Below, in pieces: positions 7,035 to 14,333 of a stretch of DNA of 43,874 bases. Within the stretch, counting starts at the first letter, position 1. Each line of letters opens with the position of its first letter. The notes under the pieces are model-generated. The model made no database searches and had not been told where the DNA came from. It saw nothing but the letters and a program-made list of their open reading frames with translations. The stretch comes from a virus. The stretch spans positions 1-43,874 of the IMG/VR virus record IMGVR_UViG_3300034069_000526; one strand, 5' to 3'. Both the position numbers and the translations under genes were made by a program.

Positions 7035-7633
7035 GCCGGTGGTTTCGCTTGTACGACGAACTTCTGGACGATCCCAAGGTTCAACGCTTGAGCGGCGATG
7101 ACTTCAAAGCATGGATTAACCTGCTTTGCCTTGCCTCTCGCAAGGAGGGCAGCCTACCGCCAGAAATGGACATCGCGTTCGCTCTTCGCGTGGATGCAAA
7201 AAAGGGCTCTGCAATCGTTGCGAGGCTCGTTTCCGCGGGACTGTTTGATGACGATGGTGGTCGTTTCGTCCCGCATGGGTGGAACACCCGCCAATATAAA
7301 TCGGACGTTTCAACTGGCAGAGTGAAACGTTTCAGGGAACGTTCCAAAACCGTTGCCGCAACGCCACCAGATACAGAGGCAGAGACAGAAGTTGCGTTAG
7401 CTAAAGCTAACGCGTCAGAGAACGATGCTGACAAGCAGTTCTGGGACGGGGCAAAAGCCTATCTCGGGAAGGGGAAGGCCAGCTTAATCGGCCAATGGGT
7501 GGGCAGGCATGGCCGCGAGGCGACTGCCGCCGCAATCGCCGCGGCGCAGGTCGAGAGGGCCGTTGATCCAGTAGCCTTTATCCAGGGGCGGTTTCGCAAA
7601 ATAGCTGCACCTGTCGAAGGCCCGCTGTGTTGA
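7031..7633 (+). CDS. replication organiser/initiator-like protein (DUF1376 or DnaD-like N-terminus)
   Basis: WFRLYDELLDDPKVQRLSGDDFKAWINLLCLASRKEGSLP pattern; immediately upstream of the primase-helicase. Confidence 0.5.
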   Translation: MSRWFRLYDELLDDPKVQRLSGDDFKAWINLLCLASRKEGSLPPEMDIAFALRVDAKKGSAIVARLVSAGLFDDDGGRFVPHGWNTRQYKSDVSTGRVKRFRERSKTVAATPPDTEAETEVALAKANASENDADKQFWDGAKAYLGKGKASLIGQWVGRHGREATAAAIAAAQVERAVDPVAFIQGRFRKIAAPVEGPLC

Positions 7634-7819
7634 GCATCGGCGAACAACTCGCTGTGGCGAAGATCACGCTTCGGTCGCATGGGCAAGGCGAGCATCGCGC
7701 CACCTGTCCCGAATGCTCACCGAAGCGGAAAAAGAAAACGGAGCGCTGCTTGGCAGTGCTGATCGATGCCGATGGGGTAGCTTGGTTCTGTCACCATTGC
7801 CAACAATCTGGAGGAAGCC
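7627..7819 (+). CDS. primase zinc-binding domain segment, out of frame with the TOPRIM-helicase body
   Basis: GTG 7627. CPEC at 7705-7716 and CHHC at 7789-7800. After about 7805 the formal ORF (to 8181) reads as Arg-rich off-frame sequence. Confidence 0.55.
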
Positions 7820-9247
7820 GTGGAGTTGAAGAAGCCGCACGCCGATTGGCTGGACGCTCGCGGGATCGATCCGACGCTGGCGGAAAAATTCGGGCTGTGC
7901 ACCGTGCAGCGTGCCGGCCGCAACTGGTTGGCGGTGCCCTATCTGGAACAGGGCCGCACCGTGAACCACAAGTACCGGGTCACGTCGGAAGCGCACGCCT
8001 ACCAGATGGACGAGGATGCGCCACTAACGTTGTGGAACCACGATATACTCCTGGACGAGTCTTTGGCTCCGCAGCCGTTGATTGTGACGGAGGGGGAATG
8101 GGACGCTCTGGCAGTCCTTATGTCCGGCAAGCGGCGGGTCGTGTCGATCCCCAACGGCGCCCCGCAGAAGTCGTCCGATGATGAGGGGTTGGTTGAAGGC
8201 AAACGCTATCAGTGGTTCTGGCGTTGCGAGCCGGTGCTATCCAAGGTCGACAAGGTGATCCTGTGCGTCGACAACGACGAGGCCGGGCGGGCGCTCGCGG
8301 CGGACTTGTGCCGGTTGTTCGGTCCGGAACGGTGCATGTTCGTCACCTATCCTGAGTTCTGCAAGGACGCAGGCGACGTGCTCAAGCTGCATGGCCCCGC
8401 GGCTCTGTCGCAGATGCTGGACGAGGCCAAGCCGTATCCGATCAAGGGTCTCTATACGGTTAGCGACTTTCCCGAGCGTGCCGAGATGGTCGCGTGGCCC
8501 ACTGGGATCGAAGCTCTTGATCCGATGATGTCCATTGTGCCCGGCACCCTGACGGTGTTCACTGGCTACGCTAATATGGGCAAGTCCACGGTCATGAACG
8601 CGGTGGTTGGGCATCTGATCCGTCACAACGTGCCGGTGTGTATTGCCTCTTTTGAGACGGACGTAAAGCCGATCTTGCGGGACCACCTGTGCGCTTCGGT
8701 AGCGCAATGTTCGCTTCATGACGCGCGCACTAAGCCTATGCCGGCGGTCGATGCCATGATCGAGGATAACGTCCGCATTATCACGCAGTTGGTGGACGAG
8801 GACGAGGAAATGGACCTCGACTTTTTCCTTGATCTTTGTCGTACCGCGGTGATGCGCGACGGCGTGAAGTTTGTGCTTCTCGACCCGTGGAATGAGCTTG
8901 AACACAAACGTCGCCGAGACGAAACGGAGACAGACTATATCAGCCGCGCATTGCGGGCTATCAAGAAGTTCGCCAAGCAGTATCAGGTGGCGTTCTGGAT
9001 TGTGGCGCATCCGACCAAGCCGGCTGATGGCCAAGCCAAGGTGCCCGGTCTGCTTAACATCAGCGGTTCTGCAAATTGGGCTAACAAGGCGGATTACGGC
9101 CTGACGTACCATCGCGCCCGACCTGACGAAAACCGCGCTGAATTGAGAGTGACAAAAGTCCGCATGGGCTTGCCAGGCCAGAAAGGTAGTGCAATCGTCA
9201 CGTTCGATCATCGCAACAGTAGTTTCCGGTTGGAGGATGCAGCGTGA
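7820..9247 (+). CDS. T7 gp4-type primase-helicase (TOPRIM plus DnaB-like helicase)
   Basis: GGAGGA 4 nt upstream of GTG 7820. TOPRIM motifs IVTEGEWDA and CVDNDEAGR. Walker A GYANMGKST, plus LLDPWNE and IVAHPTK helicase motifs. Confidence 0.85.
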   Translation: MELKKPHADWLDARGIDPTLAEKFGLCTVQRAGRNWLAVPYLEQGRTVNHKYRVTSEAHAYQMDEDAPLTLWNHDILLDESLAPQPLIVTEGEWDALAVLMSGKRRVVSIPNGAPQKSSDDEGLVEGKRYQWFWRCEPVLSKVDKVILCVDNDEAGRALAADLCRLFGPERCMFVTYPEFCKDAGDVLKLHGPAALSQMLDEAKPYPIKGLYTVSDFPERAEMVAWPTGIEALDPMMSIVPGTLTVFTGYANMGKSTVMNAVVGHLIRHNVPVCIASFETDVKPILRDHLCASVAQCSLHDARTKPMPAVDAMIEDNVRIITQLVDEDEEMDLDFFLDLCRTAVMRDGVKFVLLDPWNELEHKRRRDETETDYISRALRAIKKFAKQYQVAFWIVAHPTKPADGQAKVPGLLNISGSANWANKADYGLTYHRARPDENRAELRVTKVRMGLPGQKGSAIVTFDHRNSSFRLEDAA

Positions 9248-9281
9248 AAGCCCAGCGCAACGAGCACCGGAGTGATGCGGC

Positions 9282-9569
9282 ATGAGGGAGACAGGTCAGA
9301 CATTCCCTGTCGACACGTTAGCACAGATGGCGGCGATTCCGCCGGAGGTGCTGCCCCGCTTTCTGGTAGAATTGCCTGGCCTGCTGGCGGAGGTGCGCCG
9401 CGTGTCGGGTGTGACGGCATCGTTCAACGAAGCGTTTTCCGGCAAACTGCTGATGCGGCCGGTGCAGGGTGTAGAGTGGACCGACGACGATAAGGGAGAG
9501 GCAACTGTTACGGTTGAGATTGGTGATACCGGCGAGACAGTTTCAGCCACCCGAAAGATCGTCGCATGA
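9282..9569 (+). CDS. hypothetical protein
   Basis: ORF track, protein-like composition. Confidence 0.6.
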   Translation: MRETGQTFPVDTLAQMAAIPPEVLPRFLVELPGLLAEVRRVSGVTASFNEAFSGKLLMRPVQGVEWTDDDKGEATVTVEIGDTGETVSATRKIVA

Positions 9570-9570
9570 C

Positions 9571-9735
9571 ATGCGCAACACCGGCAAGCAGCCTCCCCAT
9601 GAGCTGGTCGATGTCAAATATCGTTGCGGCCACGTCAGCCGCGGCATCAACCCAGAGCATCGACGGTGGAAGCCAGACCCCAAGTTCCCGCCTGAATGGG
9701 AGTGGGACGTGGTGGATTGGCAGCCGTCGAAGTGA
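9571..9735 (+). CDS. hypothetical small protein (54 aa)
   Basis: ATG 9571 just after the upstream stop; MRNTGKQPPHELVDVKYRCGHVSRG... Confidence 0.45.
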   Translation: MRNTGKQPPHELVDVKYRCGHVSRGINPEHRRWKPDPKFPPEWEWDVVDWQPSK

Positions 9736-9782
9736 TGCCGGATGTTTAGAATTGTCATTTTCTCTTGCTAAGGAGAATATTT

Positions 9783-9992
9783 ATGCAAATGGGCAATAAC
9801 ACTCGTGGCAATATAACGCCGCGCCAAGACTATCATGCTGGCATCACAGCGCTCCATCGAGCGATCCAGATGCATGAGAAGCATATGAACGGCACGTTGC
9901 CGACCACTGGCGCGGCTGGTGCACATTCGCAAATGCAGATGATGATGCTGATGAAGGACGCCTATACTCGTATAACTAGAAGCGTAAAATGA
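9783..9992 (+). CDS. His/Met-rich small protein in a low-GC moron (69 aa)
   Basis: AAGGAG 7 nt upstream of ATG 9783; region clearly AT-richer than its flanks; MHEKHMNG and HSQMQMMMLMK. Confidence 0.55.
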   Translation: MQMGNNTRGNITPRQDYHAGITALHRAIQMHEKHMNGTLPTTGAAGAHSQMQMMMLMKDAYTRITRSVK

Positions 9993-10172
9993 CAATACTT
10001 TATAGCGGTTTATTCTTACTCTCTAAATCAAGTGCAAGGGTATTCCGATTAGTCAGTGGCAGCCTTCAAAGTGATGGCGCGTGGCTATCGCCACCGGGCT
10101 TTTGCGGTTTCGCCGTCGAGCCGTTCCATCTCGCCCCTCCGGGCTTCAACCCCTCGCGCATGGAGAGTGACA

Positions 10173-10619
10173 ATGCGGTACTTCGTTGATTGTGAGTTCG
10201 ACGGCCACAATGGCCCGCTGCTCAGCATGGCACTTGTTCCAGAGGACGGGACGAGCATCCACATCGAAACGCTTGTGGACGCTGCTGATCCTTGGGTGAA
10301 GGCGAATGTCGTCCCCTTGATGGCAGAGCACAATGCCGAAAGCATGGCGGTGGTGCCGGTCAACGAGGTCGGCCGTGAAATCCGCAACTTCATCGGAGAC
10401 GATCCAGCGCCCGTGATCGTGGCGGACAGCCCGGTGGACATCGCGCGCTTCTGCCAAGCCGTCAGCACTGGCGACGATGGCGGTTATGCTCCCTGCATGG
10501 CTCCCCGCCTGTCATTCGAGGTGCATGACATCGACTGCTACCCGACCACTCTGCCCGGTGCTGTCCAGCATAACGCCTGGTGGGATGCTATGGCGCTTCG
10601 CGAGAAGCTAGCCGCGTGA
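10173..10619 (+). CDS. DEDDh-type 3-5 exonuclease (Rv2179c-like)
   Basis: GGAGAG upstream of ATG 10173; FVDCEFDG (Exo I), ADSPVDIARF (Exo II), HNAWWDAMAL (H-x-A-x-x-D-A, Exo III). Confidence 0.7.
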   Translation: MRYFVDCEFDGHNGPLLSMALVPEDGTSIHIETLVDAADPWVKANVVPLMAEHNAESMAVVPVNEVGREIRNFIGDDPAPVIVADSPVDIARFCQAVSTGDDGGYAPCMAPRLSFEVHDIDCYPTTLPGAVQHNAWWDAMALREKLAA

Positions 10620-10766
10620 CCCGCGATAGGGATGAGCACCCAGCGGGCGAAGACGCGCAGCGGCTGAGTGGCGAAGCCATGCCAGCCCGGGCCCGCGAGG
10701 GCATCGCCCACACCCGCACAGCATCGGAGAACCCCTCATGACCCTCATAACCTGGGGAGAGCCCGC

Positions 10767-11291
10767 ATGACCGAGATCGACTGGAGCAAGCCGATTGAGG
10801 CGGTGCATAAGGATGGGCGGGTTGTGCCCATGAAGTTGCGGTACACGACAGCGTCACTTACAGGGCCGACAAGGTTCACAGAAGAGGCGCCCGATTCCTG
10901 TACCTCAAATGATGCGTGGAGTGAGGATGGAAGCGACTGGTGCCATTTAAAGCAATGGCATATCCGCAACGTCCAGCCCGCCACCCCCTCCCCCAATCTC
11001 AAGCTATACCAAGAGATGGTAGAGCTGGTGAAGCGGATGGCGTCAGCGCAGGTGCTGGTTTGGAAGGATTGCGTTACTGCACAGGCCCTCGCCAAGCGCC
11101 TAAAGTTTGAAGATGCCGATCTGATCGAAGCCCGGAAGGTCGTCATTAACGTTTGTGAGGATGGGGACTGGTCGGGCATCTGGAAAGGCGAGGTCGAGGA
11201 CGGCAAGCAGGATGACAACGATTTGGTCATGTGCGCGCTCGCCGGCATAAAGCGCGGCAAGGCCCTCGCATCACAAGAGGGGCAGGCATGA
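10767..11291 (+). CDS. hypothetical protein (174 aa)
   Basis: GGGGAGAG upstream of ATG 10767; remainder of track ORF 10668..11291. Confidence 0.65.
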   Translation: MTEIDWSKPIEAVHKDGRVVPMKLRYTTASLTGPTRFTEEAPDSCTSNDAWSEDGSDWCHLKQWHIRNVQPATPSPNLKLYQEMVELVKRMASAQVLVWKDCVTAQALAKRLKFEDADLIEARKVVINVCEDGDWSGIWKGEVEDGKQDDNDLVMCALAGIKRGKALASQEGQA

Positions 11292-11620
11292 GGTGGGCGT
11301 TCTGGCGGAAGCCGAAGCCGGTACATATCGGCTCAAATTCTGTCGATTGGAGGCCGGGCGACATAGCCGAATGCGTTCAAGCCTCGTGGCTTTATGTTTA
11401 TGCCCCGAAGCAGCCGCAGGTCGGCACTCGCGCCATGGTTGCGGATGTGGTCTACGGCAACGTGTACGGGCAGCCCAGATATACCATGTTCGGACTGAGC
11501 CTCATCGGCTTTGAAGGGCAATGGCAAGCCGATTTCTTTCGCAAAATCGTGCTGCCGGAAACTGAAGCCGATCGCAAAGTCGGACGGCGTGAGCCAACGC
11601 ACTGTCGGGAGGACGCATGA
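11288..11620 (+). CDS. hypothetical protein (110 aa)
   Basis: ATG 11288 in ATGA overlap. Confidence 0.6.
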   Translation: MRWAFWRKPKPVHIGSNSVDWRPGDIAECVQASWLYVYAPKQPQVGTRAMVADVVYGNVYGQPRYTMFGLSLIGFEGQWQADFFRKIVLPETEADRKVGRREPTHCREDA

Positions 11621-11666
11621 CCCGTACCCTATCCCCTTGGCAACGCTTCTGGCGATGGAGGCAGAT

Positions 11667-11846
11667 ATGAGTGGGCGCAACAACGCTCCGCGCGGTCTGA
11701 CTGCTGCCGCAGGTGGGTGGCTGCTCCATGATGCCGCCGCTTCGCCCACGCTTACTGGCCAAGATTGGGCGCTTAGAACGCTGGTGTTAATGCTCGCGAT
11801 CTGCTTGATAGTGCTGGCGATGGTGAACACGAAGGATTCTGTATGA
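11667..11846 (+). CDS. small membrane protein (59 aa)
   Basis: GGAGG 5-6 nt upstream of ATG 11667; C-terminal LRTLVLMLAICLIVLAMV helix. Confidence 0.45.
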   Translation: MSGRNNAPRGLTAAAGGWLLHDAAASPTLTGQDWALRTLVLMLAICLIVLAMVNTKDSV

Positions 11847-12028
11847 CCCAAGCAATCCTTTTTATTTTAGCGTACGCCGCTGTCGGCGTTTTCTTGGCTG
11901 CCTCTCTCCGGCAATCTGAGTGCATTCAAGGCCGCCAAATGCCGCTTGGCCTCTTCGTGTATTGTGCGGCGATCTGGCCAGCCGTATACGTGATGGTGGT
12001 TCGCGAATGCCTAAGGCATCGGCAATGA
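11843..12028 (+). CDS. small two-TM membrane protein (61 aa)
   Basis: ORF track; ATGA overlap; two hydrophobic helices. Confidence 0.5.
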   Translation: MTQAILFILAYAAVGVFLAASLRQSECIQGRQMPLGLFVYCAAIWPAVYVMVVRECLRHRQ

Positions 12029-12291
12029 ACGCAGAGGCAATCGCAATCCAGTTCGCCGACGCCCTATGCCGAGAGCGACCATTGACCAAGACGGAAACCG
12101 ACCGCCTATGCGAAGTCATGAGGTCGCAAACAGGCACCAAGCGCACCATCTGGACGCAGGCAGACGACCGGACGCTGCGACGGTTGCTGGGCAAGCGAAT
12201 GACAGCAGAGAAGATCGCAGAGAAGATGGGGCGCACCCTGCATTCGATACAAGCCAGGAAGAAGCGGTTGAAGGGGATGGATCGTGCTTGA
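12025..12291 (+). CDS. HTH DNA-binding protein (Myb/SANT- or GcrA-N-like)
   Basis: ATG 12025 in ATGA overlap; IWTQADDRTLRRLLGKRMTAEKIAEKMGRTLHSIQARKKRL. Confidence 0.5.
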   Translation: MNAEAIAIQFADALCRERPLTKTETDRLCEVMRSQTGTKRTIWTQADDRTLRRLLGKRMTAEKIAEKMGRTLHSIQARKKRLKGMDRA

Positions 12292-12634
12292 CCCGGAAGC
12301 AGTGCTGACGGCGCTTGCTGGAAGCGGTAATCTGACGAAGGCTTGCCGAGAAACAGGCAATACGACGCAATCGTTTTTGCGGTGGTGCGATAAGGCGCCC
12401 GAAAACGCGGACCGGTACGTGCGCGCGCGCGAAGCTGGACTGGACGCCGAAGCTGACCGAGCCATTGACGAGGCTCTGACGGCAGAGGACGCGGCGCTTG
12501 GGCGATTGGCTCTGGACGCGCGCAAATGGTATCTGAGCAAGCTGATGCCGAAGAAATATGGGGATAAGGCGCTTGTCGGCTCCGATCCTGACAACCCGCT
12601 GCCGAGCGGCATTTCGGTCAGCTTCAAGGGGTAA
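12284..12634 (+). CDS. terS: terminase small subunit
   Basis: N-terminal HTH, then RYVRAREAGLDAEADRAIDE ... ARKWYLSKLMPKKYGDK, a pattern recalled from many phage TerS proteins; lies upstream of terL. Confidence 0.75.
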   Translation: MLDPEAVLTALAGSGNLTKACRETGNTTQSFLRWCDKAPENADRYVRAREAGLDAEADRAIDEALTAEDAALGRLALDARKWYLSKLMPKKYGDKALVGSDPDNPLPSGISVSFKG

Positions 12635-12638
12635 TTCT

Positions 12639-12839
12639 ATGCAAAATTTCGGTGGTCCTGCGGTAAAGAACTGCGAAGATTTCCCGTTGGTAAAGGATAT
12701 GGCTCGCGCTGTTTGGGCGATTGCTTATCCTGACGATATTTGGGAGGCGGGAGACTTGGCGGATCGCCGTAGATGCTATGCTTTGGCCGAAGCGGCATTA
12801 GAGGCATATAGGGCATCTGATTACCGGATGCCGGCATAG
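12639..12839 (+). CDS. hypothetical protein (66 aa) in a lower-GC wedge between terS and terL
   Basis: ATG 12639; local composition is AT-richer than the neighbouring genes. Confidence 0.45.
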   Translation: MQNFGGPAVKNCEDFPLVKDMARAVWAIAYPDDIWEAGDLADRRRCYALAEAALEAYRASDYRMPA

Positions 12840-12841
12840 AG

Positions 12842-14059
12842 ATGGGCGAAGTCGAGCTGCCCCGTTGGGCACAGTCCTTGTTCGAACCATCGCGGTTTAA
12901 GGCGATGTGGGGTGGCCGCGGGGGCGGCAAGTCCCGGTCGGTAGCATCCGCGCTTGTCCTGAAGGCCGCGCAGGGGCCGGAGCGTGTCTTATGCGCTCGT
13001 GAGGTTCAGAAGAGCATCAAGGACAGCTCCAAGCGGCTGCTGGACGATGAGATTGAACGAATGGGCCTGCGTCCGTTTTTCGACAGCACGGAAACGGAAA
13101 TACGCGGCAAGAATGGCTCGCTGTTCATCTTCGCTGGGCTGCGAGGCAATGCTAGCCAGATCAAGTCGCTTGAGGGTGTGACGATCGCATGGGTGGACGA
13201 GGCCCAGGTGATTACGCAAGCCTCGCTCGACACGTTGATCCCGACTATCCGTGCGCCGGGTAGTGAGATATGGCTGACGTGGAACCCATTGAAAGCCGAT
13301 GACCCGGTCGACGCCATGTTTCGCGGCGACACGCCCCCGCCCGATGCGATGGTGCTTGATGTACAGCACGACGACAATCCGTGGTTTCCCGACGAGTTAC
13401 GCGACCAGATGGAGTGGCAGCGCGCTCGCGACTATGACAAGTACCTGCACATCTGGCGCGGGCAATACTGGCAGAACAGCGAAGCGCGCGTGTTCAGCAA
13501 CTGGCGCATCGGCGCCGAGGTAGAGTTTGAGGGCGCGAGTGTAGCCGAGTACAGGCTAGGCGCCGACTTCGGGTACAGCATCGATCCGTCGTGCCTCGTT
13601 CGCTGCTATCTCCGTGGAACGTCGCTGTTAATCGATTACGAAGCCTACAAGATCGGCTGTGAGATTGTGCAGTTGCCCGAGCTGTTTAGCCGTGTACCCG
13701 ACGCTGGTAAGTGGCCGATCATCGCAGACAGTAGCCGGCCGGAGACGATAAGCCATCTTCGCAATAATGGATTCCCGCGCATACGACCGAGCATCAAGGG
13801 CGCGGGCTCGGTTGAAGAAGGTATCGCGTTTCTGCAATCGTTCGACATTGTGGTGCACCCGCGCTGCACGCACGTTGCGGACGAGCTGGCGACGTACAGC
13901 TACAAGCTCGACAAGCTGACGGGCGAGCCGCTTCCGATCTTGGAGGACAAGAACAACCACCTGATTGACGCGCTGCGGTATGCGCTCGAAGGTGTGCGGC
14001 GGGTGCGGGCAACGGCGCCTACTGTGTCCGTATCCATCCCCACCATGGCCCGCCGTTGA
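12842..14059 (+). CDS. terL: terminase large subunit (PBSX/Terminase_3-like)
   Basis: Walker A WGGRGGGKS; VDEAQ Walker B-like motif; C-terminal nuclease region with ADSSRPE and NHLIDALRY. Confidence 0.9.
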   Translation: MGEVELPRWAQSLFEPSRFKAMWGGRGGGKSRSVASALVLKAAQGPERVLCAREVQKSIKDSSKRLLDDEIERMGLRPFFDSTETEIRGKNGSLFIFAGLRGNASQIKSLEGVTIAWVDEAQVITQASLDTLIPTIRAPGSEIWLTWNPLKADDPVDAMFRGDTPPPDAMVLDVQHDDNPWFPDELRDQMEWQRARDYDKYLHIWRGQYWQNSEARVFSNWRIGAEVEFEGASVAEYRLGADFGYSIDPSCLVRCYLRGTSLLIDYEAYKIGCEIVQLPELFSRVPDAGKWPIIADSSRPETISHLRNNGFPRIRPSIKGAGSVEEGIAFLQSFDIVVHPRCTHVADELATYSYKLDKLTGEPLPILEDKNNHLIDALRYALEGVRRVRATAPTVSVSIPTMARR

Positions 14060-14111
14060 CCACCTGACGGCCAAATGACTGCGCGCTTACGTTCGGGTAT
14101 CGTGCGCGACT

Positions 14112-14333
14112 ATGTCGGACCCCGCCGCAGAACCTGACGCTGTAGATTACACGCGCCCGTATACAGGGCACGTTACCTGTTGCGTTTTGTCGCCACGGGG
14201 CGAGGTCACCAACTTTCACAGAAGCATTGACCCCATTTGGGGTGAGGTTATCACCAACCGTGTTCAATTGAACACGGCCACCCATGCCATAGTCGCAGTC
14301 GCTGGCTTCGGCGGGCAGGTTATTGAGTTGTGA
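14112..14333 (+). CDS. possible small ORF between terL and portal
   Basis: ORF track; stop overlaps portal GTG (GTGA) but there is no clear SD. Confidence 0.3.
   Translation: MSDPAAEPDAVDYTRPYTGHVTCCVLSPRGEVTNFHRSIDPIWGEVITNRVQLNTATHAIVAVAGFGGQVIEL

Noticed and set aside
7801-7822. A defined programmed +1 frameshift site, of the prfB or Ty type, joining the zinc finger to the TOPRIM domain.
   Set aside because: A GGAGGA is present, but no slippery or hungry-codon/stop context follows it in the zero frame. Recoding cannot be supported from sequence alone, so it is reported only as one of three alternatives.
7627-8181. Treating the full 184-aa track ORF as a real protein.
   Set aside because: Only the first 60 or so residues (the zinc finger) look protein-like. 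The remainder overlaps the TOPRIM domain in another frame and reads as Arg/Gly-rich off-frame text.
8237-9283. 348-aa minus-strand ORF opposite the primase-helicase gene. Similar long antisense ORFs occur at 15665-16282, 18826-19509, 23316-24179, 25344-26039 and 30301-30990.
   Set aside because: Their Arg/His/Gly-rich low-complexity translations are typical shadow ORFs of GC-rich coding DNA. Each lies entirely inside a forward gene with clear family motifs.
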